Notes under the pieces: generated by a model
Database searches by the model: none
What the model saw: only the letters and a program-made list of their open reading frames with translations
Told to the model about the DNA's origin: nothing
Made by a program: the position numbers and the translations under genes
Shown here: piece by piece, positions 11,650 through 22,321 of the stretch
How positions within the stretch are numbered: position 1 is the stretch's first letter
Layout: every line of letters starts with the position of its first letter
NCBI RefSeq assembly: GCF_029227855.1
Contig: NZ_CP074356.1
DNA from: Escherichia coli
GTDB taxonomy: Bacteria; Pseudomonadota; Gammaproteobacteria; Enterobacterales; Enterobacteriaceae
Strand: one strand, 5' to 3'
DNA: 64,000 nt

Positions 11650-12147
11650 ATGATGATGAAAACTGTTAAACATCTTCTGTGCTGTGCCATTGCCGCCAGC
11701 GCATTAATTTCCACCGGGGTGCATGCTGCGTCCTGGAAAGATGCGCTCTCCAGCGCCGCCAGCGAACTTGGCAACCAAAACAGCACGACACAGGAAGGCG
11801 GTTGGTCGCTCGCGTCATTAACTAACTTGCTTAGCAGCGGGAACCAGGCCTTAAGCGCAGATAACATGAACAATGCCGCAGGCATTCTGCAATACTGCGC
11901 GAAGCAAAAGCTGGCTTCGGTAACCGATGCCGAAAACATCAAGAATCAGGTACTGGAAAAACTGGGCCTGAACAGTGAAGAGCAAAAAGAAGACACCAAC
12001 TATCTGGATGGCATTCAGGGTTTGCTGAAAACCAAAGATGGTCAGCAACTCAATCTGGATAATATTGGAACGACTCCGCTGGCAGAAAAGGTGAAAACCA
12101 AAGCCTGCGATCTGGTGTTAAAGCAGGGGCTGAACTTCATTTCCTGA
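11650..12147 (+). CDS. yjjA: Secreted protein YjjA
   Basis: 164-165 aa with signal peptide MMMKTVKHLLCCAIAASALISTGVHA. Confidence 0.75.
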   Translation: MMMKTVKHLLCCAIAASALISTGVHAASWKDALSSAASELGNQNSTTQEGGWSLASLTNLLSSGNQALSADNMNNAAGILQYCAKQKLASVTDAENIKNQVLEKLGLNSEEQKEDTNYLDGIQGLLKTKDGQQLNLDNIGTTPLAEKVKTKACDLVLKQGLNFIS

Positions 12148-12400
12148 ACCGCGAAACGCCGCGTTTTAGCTGTTACCCGGCTGACGCGGCTCTCTCCTGC
12201 CCTTTTCCCTGCTCCTGGACGGTTTTCCCCCTGTTACACAGGAAGCGACCGCGATCAAAAAAGTCTGTTTATAAACTAATTCCTAACAACATCGCATTTT
12301 TTTGACACTAGAATTGCAGCAATATGGCGACGCCATTACATTGTGCTTCTCAAAAAGCTTAAACGTTGGCTAAACGGCCCGGTTTAGTGAGGATCGCCCG

Positions 12401-14692
12401 TTGTCAGAACTACTCTCTTTCGCCCTTTTTCTCGCCTCTGTGCTGATTTACGCATGGAAAGCGGGACGTAACACCTGGTGGTTTGCAGCCACATTAACGG
12501 TACTGGGGCTATTTGTCGTTTTAAATATCACCCTGTTTGCCAGCGACTATTTTACTGGCGATGGTATTAACGACGCGGTTCTCTATACCTTAACCAACAG
12601 CCTGACCGGTGCTGGTGTCAGTAAATACATCCTGCCTGGTATCGGCATTGTGCTGGGGCTGACGGCGGTGTTCGGTGCGCTGGGCTGGATCCTGCGCCGT
12701 CGTCGCCATCATCCGCACCATTTTGGTTACAGCCTGCTGGCACTCTTACTGGCGCTGGGTTCAGTGGATGCCAGCCCGGCATTTCGTCAGATAACGGAAC
12801 TAGTGAAATCCCAGTCACGCGACGGCGACCCGGACTTTGCGGCTTATTATAAAGAGCCGTCGAAAACTATCCCTGACCCGAAACTCAACCTGGTTTATAT
12901 CTACGGCGAAAGTCTCGAGCGGACCTATTTTGATAACGAGGCTTTCCCGGATCTCACGCCTGAACTGGGCGCGTTGAAAAATGAAGGCCTGGATTTCAGC
13001 CACACGCAGCAGCTGCCGGGAACAGATTACACGATTGCGGGCATGGTGGCTTCTCAGTGTGGCATTCCGCTTTTTGCCCCCTTTGAAGGCAACGCCTCCG
13101 CTTCTGTTTCCAGCTTCTTCCCGCAGAACATCTGTCTGGGCGATATCCTGAAAAACTCGGGTTATCAGAACTATTTCGTGCAGGGCGCGAATCTGCGTTT
13201 TGCCGGTAAAGATGTGTTCCTGAAGTCGCATGGCTTCGACCACTTATACGGCTCAGAAGAGCTGAAAAGCGTGGTGGCCGACCCGCACTATCGCAACGAC
13301 TGGGGATTCTACGACGATACCGTTCTCGATGAAGCGTGGAAAAAGTTTGAAGAGCTTTCCCGCTCAGGTCAGCGATTCTCACTGTTTACCCTGACAGTCG
13401 ATACCCATCACCCGGATGGTTTTATCTCGCGTACCTGTAACCGCAAAAAATATGATTTTGACGGTAAGCCGAATCAGTCATTCAGCGCGGTAAGTTGCAG
13501 CCAGGAGAATATCGCGACGTTTATCAACAAAATCAAAGCGTCACCGTGGTTTAAAGATACTGTTATCGTCGTCTCTTCTGACCATTTAGCGATGAACAAC
13601 ACGGCGTGGAAATACCTTAATAAGCAGGATCGCAATAACCTGTTTTTTGTCATTCGTGGCGACAAGCCGCAGCAAGAGACGCTGGCAGTGAAGCGTAACA
13701 CGATGGATAACGGCGCGACGGTGCTGGACATTCTCGGTGGCGATAACTATCTCGGACTTGGTCGTAGCAGTTTATCCGGGCAGTCGATGTCGGAAATCTT
13801 CCTCAATATCAAAGAGAAAACATTGGCGTGGAAGCCGGATATCATCCGCCTGTGGAAATTCCCTAAAGAGATGAAAGAGTTCACCATCGACCAGCAGAAA
13901 AACATGATTGCCTTCTCGGGTAGCCATTTCCGTTTGCCGCTGCTGTTGCGGGTTTCAGACAAGCGCGTAGAACCGCTGCCGGAAAGTGAATACTCAGCAC
14001 CGCTGCGTTTCCAGCTGGCCGATTTCGCTCCACGCGACAATTTCGTCTGGGTTGACCGTTGCTATAAGATGGCACAACTCTGGGCTCCGGAACTGGCACT
14101 TTCCACCGACTGGTGTGTCTCGCAAGGGCAGCTTGGCGGTCAGCAAATTGTCCAGCATGTTGATAAAACAACATGGAAGGGCAAAACGGCATTTAAAGAT
14201 ACGGTCATCGACATGGCGCGTTACAAAGGCAATGTCGATACGCTGAAGATTGTTGATAACGATATTCGCTACAAAGCCGACAGTTTCATCTTTAACGTCG
14301 CCGGTGCGCCAGAAGAGGTGAAACAGTTTAGCGGGATTTCCCGTCCGGAGTCGTGGGGCCGCTGGTCCAACGCTCAGCTGGGCGATGAAGTAAAAATCGA
14401 GTACAAGCATCCGCTGCCGAAGAAATTTGACCTGGTGATTACCGCCAAAGCATACGGCAATAACGCCAGCCGTCCTATTCCGGTACGCGTAGGCAATGAA
14501 GAACAAACCCTTGTGCTGGGCAATGAAGTGACCACCACCACGCTGCATTTCGATAACCCAACCGATGCCGACACGCTGGTAATTGTGCCGCCGGAACCTG
14601 TCTCAACCAACGAAGGGAATATCCTCGGACACTCGCCGCGTAAGCTCGGGATCGGCATGGTGGAAATTAAAGTGGTAGAACGTGAAGGGTAA
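12401..14692 (+). CDS. opgB: Phosphoglycerol transferase I (osmoregulated periplasmic glucan biosynthesis)
   Basis: 763 aa; N-terminal membrane spans plus sulfatase-like domain; conserved position. Confidence 0.9.
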   Translation: MSELLSFALFLASVLIYAWKAGRNTWWFAATLTVLGLFVVLNITLFASDYFTGDGINDAVLYTLTNSLTGAGVSKYILPGIGIVLGLTAVFGALGWILRRRRHHPHHFGYSLLALLLALGSVDASPAFRQITELVKSQSRDGDPDFAAYYKEPSKTIPDPKLNLVYIYGESLERTYFDNEAFPDLTPELGALKNEGLDFSHTQQLPGTDYTIAGMVASQCGIPLFAPFEGNASASVSSFFPQNICLGDILKNSGYQNYFVQGANLRFAGKDVFLKSHGFDHLYGSEELKSVVADPHYRNDWGFYDDTVLDEAWKKFEELSRSGQRFSLFTLTVDTHHPDGFISRTCNRKKYDFDGKPNQSFSAVSCSQENIATFINKIKASPWFKDTVIVVSSDHLAMNNTAWKYLNKQDRNNLFFVIRGDKPQQETLAVKRNTMDNGATVLDILGGDNYLGLGRSSLSGQSMSEIFLNIKEKTLAWKPDIIRLWKFPKEMKEFTIDQQKNMIAFSGSHFRLPLLLRVSDKRVEPLPESEYSAPLRFQLADFAPRDNFVWVDRCYKMAQLWAPELALSTDWCVSQGQLGGQQIVQHVDKTTWKGKTAFKDTVIDMARYKGNVDTLKIVDNDIRYKADSFIFNVAGAPEEVKQFSGISRPESWGRWSNAQLGDEVKIEYKHPLPKKFDLVITAKAYGNNASRPIPVRVGNEEQTLVLGNEVTTTTLHFDNPTDADTLVIVPPEPVSTNEGNILGHSPRKLGIGMVEIKVVEREG

Positions 14693-14699
14693 TTCCTGA

Positions 14700-14762
14700 C
14701 TGATGTGTAGGTCGCATAAGGTGCGACCTACACGCCTTCTCCGGCCTACAACACACTATTAA
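14700..14762. repeat. REP-like palindromic element / terminator after opgB
   Basis: tgtaggtcgcataaggtgcgacctaca inverted repeat followed by ccggcctacaa. Confidence 0.5.
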
Positions 14763-14830
14763 GAAACAGAAAAAAACAGCGCCCAACACTTCCCCGGACG
14801 CTGCATGGCAACTTTAATAATCTCGCCTTA

Positions 14831-15853
14831 TCAGAAAGTAATTACACCCTTAATCAACTCACGATTGTTAATCACATCGCGCTCGTAGGTTTCTGCCAGC
14901 GTGGCGAACGGATAGCGATGGGTTAACATCATGTCGGCAGTGATTTTCCCTTCCGCCATCAGTCGACCGACTTTAGCGAAATCTTCCGGCGTGGCGTTGC
15001 GGCTGCCCATCATCGTCGTTTCTTTTTTATGGAATTCCGGATCGGAGAACTGCAACTCACCTTTAAACAGGCCGACAAATACCACCGTGCCGCCGTGACG
15101 AATCAGGTTCACGGTGTTATTCATCGCATGTTGATTACCTGTCGCGTCGATCACTTTCTGCGCCAGAGAACCACCAAACTGCGCCCGCAGCTGCGCGTCA
15201 AAATCTTCGGCTGACGGGTCCAGTACAGGTAATTCCAGACGCGTTGCCACATGTTCACGGCGCGCCGGACTGGTATCCGCCACCACCACCTGTGCGCCAT
15301 CGGCTTTAGCGATTGCCGCCGCGCCCAGACCGATTGGCCCCGCCCCGACCACCAGCACCTGCTCGCCGGGAGCAATGGCTGCGCGACGCACCGCATGAGC
15401 GCTAATAGCGAAAGGTTCAATCAATGCTGCCGCCTGCGGGTCAATACCATCTGCGGGCAAAATGTTCGCCACCGGCACGCTCAAATACTCACTAAAACCG
15501 CCATCCTGATGCACGCCAATGACTGAAATTTTTTCACAGCAATTGGTACGCCCGCTTTTACACGCCGGGCATTGCTGACAGGCAACATAAGGGATCACCG
15601 CTACTTGCTGTCCATTTTTAAGATTTGCAATATTTTTACCCAGCCCAACAATCTCCCCACATATTTCATGGCCTAAAACGCGTGGATAACTAAAAAATGG
15701 TTGATTTCCACCCCAGGCATGAATATCGGTACCGCAAATCCCGACAGACTTAATTTTTATTAATGCTTCATTGTCACCCGGAATAGGTATCTCGCGTTGT
15801 TTCCAGACTAATTCTTTCGGCTGCTGGCAAATTAAAACATTCATCGTAGACAT
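14831..15853 (-). CDS. lgoD: L-galactonate 5-dehydrogenase (Zn-dependent alcohol dehydrogenase family)
   Basis: ORF 14831..15868; MSTMNVLICQQPKEL..., GHEICGEIVGLG zinc-binding motif. Confidence 0.85.
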   Translation of the reverse strand: MSTMNVLICQQPKELVWKQREIPIPGDNEALIKIKSVGICGTDIHAWGGNQPFFSYPRVLGHEICGEIVGLGKNIANLKNGQQVAVIPYVACQQCPACKSGRTNCCEKISVIGVHQDGGFSEYLSVPVANILPADGIDPQAAALIEPFAISAHAVRRAAIAPGEQVLVVGAGPIGLGAAAIAKADGAQVVVADTSPARREHVATRLELPVLDPSAEDFDAQLRAQFGGSLAQKVIDATGNQHAMNNTVNLIRHGGTVVFVGLFKGELQFSDPEFHKKETTMMGSRNATPEDFAKVGRLMAEGKITADMMLTHRYPFATLAETYERDVINNRELIKGVITF

Positions 15854-15991
15854 GATTCGGCTCTCCATTTTTTGTTGCCTTAGATATCAATGAAAATGAA
15901 AAATGGCAGCGGAACGGAAAATCTGTTTTGTGAAAACACACGCATAAAAATGTTTTAAATCGGGTTTTAATGGACTCACAAGGAGGAAAAT

Positions 15992-16906
15992 ATGAGTCGT
16001 TCACAAAATTTACGCCACAATGTGATTAACCAGGTCATTGATGATATGGCGCGGGGTCATATCCCTTCCCCACTTCCATCGCAAAGTGCGCTGGCGGAAA
16101 TGTACAACATCAGCCGCACTACAGTGCGTCATATTCTCAGCCACTTACGCGAATGCGGCGTCTTAACGCAGGTTGGAAACGACTATGTTATTGCGCGTAA
16201 ACCTGACCATGATGACGGTTTCGCCTGTACTACCGCTTCAATGAGTGAACAAAACAAAGTGTTTGAGCAGGCTTTTTTCACGATGATAAACCAGCGTCAG
16301 TTACGCCCTGGGGAAACTTTTTCTGAACTGCAACTGGCTCGGGCCGCGGGTGTCAGCCCGGTGGTTGTAAGAGAATATCTTTTAAAATTCGGCCGTTATA
16401 ATCTTATTCAAAGCGAAAAGCGCGGCCAGTGGAGCATGAAGCAATTCGATCAATCCTACGCCGAGCAGCTGTTTGAGCTACGCGAAATGCTCGAAACACA
16501 TTCACTTCAGCACTTTCTCAACCTGCCTGATCATGATCCCCGCTGGCTGCAGGCGAAAACCATGCTCGAACGTCATCGGCTACTGCGTGACAACATCGGC
16601 AATAGCTTTCGCATGTTCTCGCAACTTGACAGAGATTTTCACTCCTTACTGCTTTCAGCTGCCGACAATATCTTTTTTGATCAATCGCTTGAGATCATCT
16701 CAGTCATCTTTCATTTTCACTATCAATGGGACGAAAACGATCTTAAACAGCGCAATATCATTGCCGTCGATGAACATATGACCATTCTCAGTGCTCTGAT
16801 TTGCCGCAGTGACCTGGATGCCACCCTTGCGCTCCGTAACCATTTGAATTCAGCTAAACAATCAATGATTCGATCCATTAATGAGAACACGCGTTATGCT
16901 CATTAA
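15992..16906 (+). CDS. lgoR: GntR-family regulator of L-galactonate catabolism
   Basis: 304 aa; N-terminal winged-helix region (ALAEMYNISRTTVRHIL). Confidence 0.8.
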   Translation: MSRSQNLRHNVINQVIDDMARGHIPSPLPSQSALAEMYNISRTTVRHILSHLRECGVLTQVGNDYVIARKPDHDDGFACTTASMSEQNKVFEQAFFTMINQRQLRPGETFSELQLARAAGVSPVVVREYLLKFGRYNLIQSEKRGQWSMKQFDQSYAEQLFELREMLETHSLQHFLNLPDHDPRWLQAKTMLERHRLLRDNIGNSFRMFSQLDRDFHSLLLSAADNIFFDQSLEIISVIFHFHYQWDENDLKQRNIIAVDEHMTILSALICRSDLDATLALRNHLNSAKQSMIRSINENTRYAH

Positions 16907-17120
16907 GTACGGATTAAAAACAGCAAACTATTAGCGGGTGCACGGTTTTATCAAAAGATAAATACCGGGAAATTCCCGCTTACCTATGCTCACAATCAGT
17001 CGACTAAAAATGTTTTTGTGAGCGGTAGTAAAGTCCTAAAACTTTAACCTGCCGTTAATGTCAACCTTGCGTAATGCACAATTACGTAAACAATTAAAAT
17101 TATAAATACAGGAGTCCGGC

Positions 17121-18482
17121 GTGGAAAAAGAAAATATCACCCTCGATCCGCGTTCTTCATTTACTCCATCTTCGTCGGCAGATATTCCCGTGCCACCAGA
17201 TGGATTAGTTCAACGCAGTACCCGAATTAAACGCATTCAAACCACCGCCATGTTGTTATTATTTTTTGCGGCGGTAATCAATTATCTCGACCGCAGTTCG
17301 CTGTCGGTAGCAAATTTAACGATTCGTGAAGAATTGGGATTAAGTGCCACCGAAATCGGCGCTTTGCTCTCCGTGTTTTCACTCGCTTACGGGATTGCGC
17401 AACTTCCTTGCGGCCCACTATTGGATCGTAAAGGCCCACGCCTGATGCTGGGACTGGGGATGTTCTTCTGGTCACTGTTCCAGGCCATGTCTGGCATGGT
17501 GCACAGCTTTACGCAGTTCGTGTTGGTGCGTATTGGTATGGGGATTGGTGAAGCGCCGATGAACCCATGCGGTGTAAAAGTCATTAACGACTGGTTCAAC
17601 ATCAAAGAGCGCGGACGCCCGATGGGCTTCTTCAACGCAGCTTCTACCATTGGCGTTGCCGTAAGCCCACCGATTCTTGCGGCGATGATGCTGGTGATGG
17701 GCTGGCGCGGGATGTTTATTACCATTGGTGTACTGGGGATTTTTCTCGCCATCGGCTGGTATATGCTCTATCGCAACCGCGAGCACGTAGAACTGACTGC
17801 CGTTGAACAAGCTTATCTCAATGCAGGTAGCGTCAATGCCCGCCGAGATCCGCTCAGTTTTGCCGAATGGCGCAGCCTGTTCCGTAACCGCACAATGTGG
17901 GGAATGATGCTCGGATTCAGTGGCATCAACTACACTGCGTGGCTGTATCTGGCCTGGCTTCCTGGTTACCTGCAAACAGCCTATAACCTGGATTTAAAAA
18001 GCACAGGGTTGATGGCGGCTATCCCTTTCCTGTTTGGGGCTGCCGGGATGCTGGTCAACGGTTACGTTACTGACTGGCTGGTCAAAGGGGGAATGGCTCC
18101 GATTAAAAGCCGTAAGATCTGCATTATTGCCGGGATGTTCTGTTCTGCCGCCTTTACGCTGGTCGTACCGCAAGCGACAACATCCATGACAGCGGTTCTG
18201 CTGATTGGCATGGCACTGTTTTGTATTCACTTTGCCGGAACATCCTGCTGGGGCTTGATCCACGTCGCAGTTGCTTCTCGCATGACTGCGTCGGTGGGCA
18301 GTATCCAGAACTTTGCCAGCTTCATCTGCGCCTCTTTTGCGCCGATCATTACTGGTTTTATTGTTGATACCACCCACTCATTCCGTCTGGCACTAATCAT
18401 CTGCGGTTGCGTCACCGCGGCGGGTGCACTGGCGTACATCTTCCTGGTTCGTCAGCCGATCAACGACCCGCGTAAAGATTAA
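17121..18482 (+). CDS. lgoT: MFS L-galactonate:H+ symporter
   Basis: 453 aa, 12 predicted membrane spans, GTG start. Confidence 0.8.
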   Translation: MEKENITLDPRSSFTPSSSADIPVPPDGLVQRSTRIKRIQTTAMLLLFFAAVINYLDRSSLSVANLTIREELGLSATEIGALLSVFSLAYGIAQLPCGPLLDRKGPRLMLGLGMFFWSLFQAMSGMVHSFTQFVLVRIGMGIGEAPMNPCGVKVINDWFNIKERGRPMGFFNAASTIGVAVSPPILAAMMLVMGWRGMFITIGVLGIFLAIGWYMLYRNREHVELTAVEQAYLNAGSVNARRDPLSFAEWRSLFRNRTMWGMMLGFSGINYTAWLYLAWLPGYLQTAYNLDLKSTGLMAAIPFLFGAAGMLVNGYVTDWLVKGGMAPIKSRKICIIAGMFCSAAFTLVVPQATTSMTAVLLIGMALFCIHFAGTSCWGLIHVAVASRMTASVGSIQNFASFICASFAPIITGFIVDTTHSFRLALIICGCVTAAGALAYIFLVRQPINDPRKD

Positions 18483-18530
18483 TCTCCCTATGCCCGATAA
18501 CATTTTGCTTATCGGGCATTTTTATGGCGA

Positions 18531-20195
18531 TTAAAACGTTTCCCAGTTCTCCCCGCTATCTGCCACGGCCATTTTACGCGGCGCAGCTGGCGTCACGGTT
18601 TTTACCACAGCCGATGTTTCACGCTGCTGTTGCTGCTGTTGCTGAATCCGGAACACTGCCACAGCTTCGGTCAGGCGACTGGCCTGCTCTTCCAGCGCGG
18701 CAGCGGCGGCGGCAGATTCTTCCACCAGTGCGGCGTTCTGTTGAGTTACCCGGTCCATCTCAGCAACCGCTAATCCAACCTGATCGATACCACGGCTCTG
18801 CTCATCAGAAGCAGAAGCAATTTCGCCCATAATGTCCGTCACGCGGGTCACGGCACTGACAATCTCCGCCATTGTTTCCCCTGCGCTTTCGACCAGCGTA
18901 GAGCCAACATCCACTTTCCCCACCGAGTCTTCAATCAGGCTTTTAATTTCACGAGCCGCCTGGGCGCTGCGCTGGGCCAGATTACGCACTTCTCCCGCGA
19001 CCACCGCAAAACCGCGCCCTTGCTCACCCGCACGCGCAGCCTCAACCGCCGCGTTCAAAGCCAGAATATTGGTCTGGAAGGCAATGCCGTCAATTACGCT
19101 GATAATATCGGCGATTTTCTGCGAACTGGTGGAGATATCGCGCATAGTCTGCACCACGTTATCTACCACTTTGCCGCCGCGTTGCGCCGTTTCAGAAGCA
19201 CTTAACGCCAGATGGCTGGCCTGACGCGCATTCTCGGCGTTCTGTTTCACCGTTGCGGTCAGTTGCTCCATGCTGGCTGCCGTCTCTTCCAGCGAAGCGG
19301 CCTGTTGCTCGGTGCGCGAAGAGAGATCGTTATTGCCGGTGGCGATTTCGCTGGCACCGCTATAAATGGCATTGGCCCCGTTGCGCACATCACCGACGGT
19401 ACGCATCAGCTCTCCCTGCATATGGCGCAAACTCTCTGCCAGTTGCCCCATCTCATTAGAGCCATCCACCTCAATCGGTTTCACCAGATCGCCGCCTGCA
19501 ATATGACGAATGCTGTCAATCAGGCGATTCATTGGCGCTACCAACGAGGCTTTAATACCGAACCAGACGGCGAAGATGACCGCCAGTACGACGATCATCA
19601 CGCCCACCAGGATCCACATCGCCTGGCTGTAGGAGGCATTATTATCGCTGACGGCGATATCATAGAGCCGATCGTTTTGCTCCATGTAAGCCACATACTG
19701 CTTCTCGAAACCGTCCTGATATCCCTGGGTCGGCTGATCAAAGAACTCGTTGATTTTGCCTGCACCTAACAGTTGGATCAGCTCCGCCAGCGCATTGTGA
19801 TAAATATCGTAATTACGTTTGATCTCTGCCGCTGCGGCGGTGCTCTGACGCGGGTCACGCGGCAACGCTTCGTAATCCGCCCAGTTTTTTTCCGCCTGTT
19901 TCAGCGAAATACTGGCACTCTGCATCAGCTCAGCAACGGTTGAACCGCTACCAATATTATTCTGATCCATCATGTAGCGGATACCCGCGCGGTTGAGGGT
20001 GTTACGCGTCTGCAACAACGCGACCCAGCTGCCATTCAGCGTGGATTGCTGCTGGCGAATGGTTTGTAAAACAGTGAAATTTTCTTTGTCATTCTTTAAG
20101 GCATTAAAGAACAGACCGCCTGATGTCAGTTGTAAAAGGCCAAAAACGGCCAAAACCAGCAGTAAGCTGGTCACAATTTTGATACGTTTTAACAT
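18531..20195 (-). CDS. tsr: Methyl-accepting chemotaxis protein I (serine chemoreceptor)
   Basis: 554 aa; conserved MCP signalling domain, [15 protein letters not shown]-terminal NWETF pentapeptide; QQQQQQQ run before RETS. Confidence 0.95.
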   Translation of the reverse strand: MLKRIKIVTSLLLVLAVFGLLQLTSGGLFFNALKNDKENFTVLQTIRQQQSTLNGSWVALLQTRNTLNRAGIRYMMDQNNIGSGSTVAELMQSASISLKQAEKNWADYEALPRDPRQSTAAAAEIKRNYDIYHNALAELIQLLGAGKINEFFDQPTQGYQDGFEKQYVAYMEQNDRLYDIAVSDNNASYSQAMWILVGVMIVVLAVIFAVWFGIKASLVAPMNRLIDSIRHIAGGDLVKPIEVDGSNEMGQLAESLRHMQGELMRTVGDVRNGANAIYSGASEIATGNNDLSSRTEQQAASLEETAASMEQLTATVKQNAENARQASHLALSASETAQRGGKVVDNVVQTMRDISTSSQKIADIISVIDGIAFQTNILALNAAVEAARAGEQGRGFAVVAGEVRNLAQRSAQAAREIKSLIEDSVGKVDVGSTLVESAGETMAEIVSAVTRVTDIMGEIASASDEQSRGIDQVGLAVAEMDRVTQQNAALVEESAAAAAALEEQASRLTEAVAVFRIQQQQQQQRETSAVVKTVTPAAPRKMAVADSGENWETF

Positions 20196-20225
20196 GTTTT
20201 CTCTTTCCTGTGGACCGATGCAAGA

Positions 20226-20252
20226 TTTTCGGCCTGGAAAGGAAAAACTTTA
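20226..20252 (-). promoter_or_regulatory. Sigma28 (FliA) class-3 promoter of tsr
   Basis: Reverse strand reads TAAAGTTT-N11-GCCGAAAA about 30 nt upstream of the tsr start (consensus TAAAGTTT-N11-GCCGATAA). Confidence 0.55.
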
Positions 20253-20313
20253 TGAAAAGGTGTAACCCGCCATCCATGGAAAAACCAGGCGCTGGTTATC
20301 AGATATTAAAAAG

Positions 20314-20760
20314 TTATTCATTATCGCCCGGGATGTCTTCTTGTCGGGAATTACCCAGAGCAATAAATTCCTCTAACAGATGGGTTAACTGTTGCATTTT
20401 CTCGGCAGTAAACTGAGCTTCAATCTGCCGATAGGCCTCTTCAATCTGTGTCTGAGCGCGGTTATACAGCGCCTGCCCCTCTTTGGTCAGCGAGATATAG
20501 AGCTTCCGCTGATCATTGATCGGCTTTAATCGCAACACTAAACCGTCGCGTTCCATCCGCGTAAGGATCCCGGTCAGGCTTGGGCGCAAAATGCAGGCGC
20601 GATACGCCAGATCGTGAAAATCCATTGATGGGCTTTCCGCCAGAATACGCACGATGCGCCACTGTTGCTCAGTCAAATTATGCCGTTTAACGATTGGGCG
20701 AAAATAACTCATCGCCGCTTCTCGCGCCTGGAGCAACGCAATGGTTAGAGAGTCGTGCAT
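20314..20760 (-). CDS. hpaR: MarR-family repressor of the hpa meta-cleavage operon
   Basis: ORF 20314..20841; the 148-aa form starts MHDSLTIALLQAREAAMSYF; divergent from hpaG. Confidence 0.85.
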   Translation of the reverse strand: MHDSLTIALLQAREAAMSYFRPIVKRHNLTEQQWRIVRILAESPSMDFHDLAYRACILRPSLTGILTRMERDGLVLRLKPINDQRKLYISLTKEGQALYNRAQTQIEEAYRQIEAQFTAEKMQQLTHLLEEFIALGNSRQEDIPGDNE

Positions 20761-21031
20761 TATCTTTCCCCTGAAAAATTCAAAATCATTAATATAGAAA
20801 CAGTTAATCATCACGTTACCGGGACTGCGCTGCCCCTGCAATTCTTCATTTTATCAAAATTGAGCATGTTTTGTTAACTTGCTGATATTTAATATTTTAT
20901 TATCTTTAAATGTAAATAGTTTGTTAATTAGATCACATTTACATCACTTACTTTTGCCAAACTACGCAATCGGGAATAAAAGTAATCATTAACATATTAA
21001 TGATTAAGATGATCGAATCCGAGGAGTGGTA

Positions 21032-22321
21032 ATGAAAGGCACTATCTTCGCCGTAGCGTTGAACCATCGCAGCCAGCTTGATGCATGGCAGGAAGCGTTC
21101 CAGCAATCCCCCTACAAAACCCCGCCTAAAACTGCGGTCTGGTTTATTAAACCGCGCAATACGGTGATTGGTTGCGGTGAACCGATTCCCTTTCCACAGG
21201 GTGAAAAAGTACTGAGCGGTGCGACTGTTGCGCTGATTGTGGGGAAAACGGCGACGAAAGTACGTGAAGAAGATGCGGCAGAGTACATCGCCGGATATGC
21301 GCTGGCTAACGACGTCAGCCTGCCGGAAGAGAGCTTTTACCGCCCGGCAATCAAAGCAAAATGTCGTGATGGATTCTGCCCCATTGGCGAAACCGTGGCT
21401 CCCAGCAATGTCGATAATCTGACTATCTATACCGAGATCAACGGGCGTCCTGCCGATCATTGGAACACCGCCGATTTACAACGTAACGCCGCGCAGTTGC
21501 TGAGCGCTCTGAGCGAATTTGCCACGCTGAATCCAGGCGATGCCATTCTGCTCGGCACGCCACAGGCGCGCGTGGAAATACAGCCAGGCGATCGCGTGCG
21601 TGTTCTCGCAGAAGGTTTCCCGCCACTGGAAAATCCGGTAGTGGACGAACGTGAAGTGACCACGCGCAAGAGCTTCCCAACGCAGCCACACCCGCACGGC
21701 ACGCTGTTTGCCCTCGGCCTGAACTACGCCGACCACGCCAGCGAACTGGAATTTAAGCCACCGGAAGAACCGCTGGTGTTCCTGAAAGCGCCGAATACCC
21801 TCACTGGCGATAACCAGACCTCCGTGCGCCCGAACAATATTGAATACATGCACTACGAAGCGGAGCTGGTGGTAGTTATTGGCAAGCAGGCGCGTAACGT
21901 CAGCGAAGCCGATGCCATGGATTATGTCGCGGGCTACACCGTGTGTAACGACTACGCCATTCGCGACTATCTGGAAAACTACTACCGCCCTAACCTGCGG
22001 GTAAAAAGCCGCGACGGACTGACGCCGATGCTTTCAACCATCGTGCCGAAAGAGGCGATCCCGGACCCGCATAATCTGACCCTTCGCACCTTCGTCAACG
22101 GCGAGTTACGCCAGCAAGGCACCACCGCCGATCTGATCTTCAGCGTGCCCTTCCTGATCGCCTACTTAAGCGAATTTATGACCCTGAATCCGGGCGACAT
22201 GATCGCCACCGGCACACCAAAAGGCTTATCTGACGTGGTGCCTGGCGATGAAGTAGTGGTGGAAGTAGAAGGCGTGGGCCGCCTGGTGAACCGAATTGTG
22301 AGTGAGGAAACAGCGAAATGA
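21032..22321 (+). CDS. hpaG: Bifunctional 5-oxopent-3-ene-1,2,5-tricarboxylate decarboxylase / 2-hydroxyhepta-2,4-diene-1,7-dioate isomerase
   Basis: About 429 aa with two tandem FAH-fold halves; first gene of the hpaGEDFHI order. Confidence 0.85.
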   Translation: MKGTIFAVALNHRSQLDAWQEAFQQSPYKTPPKTAVWFIKPRNTVIGCGEPIPFPQGEKVLSGATVALIVGKTATKVREEDAAEYIAGYALANDVSLPEESFYRPAIKAKCRDGFCPIGETVAPSNVDNLTIYTEINGRPADHWNTADLQRNAAQLLSALSEFATLNPGDAILLGTPQARVEIQPGDRVRVLAEGFPPLENPVVDEREVTTRKSFPTQPHPHGTLFALGLNYADHASELEFKPPEEPLVFLKAPNTLTGDNQTSVRPNNIEYMHYEAELVVVIGKQARNVSEADAMDYVAGYTVCNDYAIRDYLENYYRPNLRVKSRDGLTPMLSTIVPKEAIPDPHNLTLRTFVNGELRQQGTTADLIFSVPFLIAYLSEFMTLNPGDMIATGTPKGLSDVVPGDEVVVEVEGVGRLVNRIVSEETAK

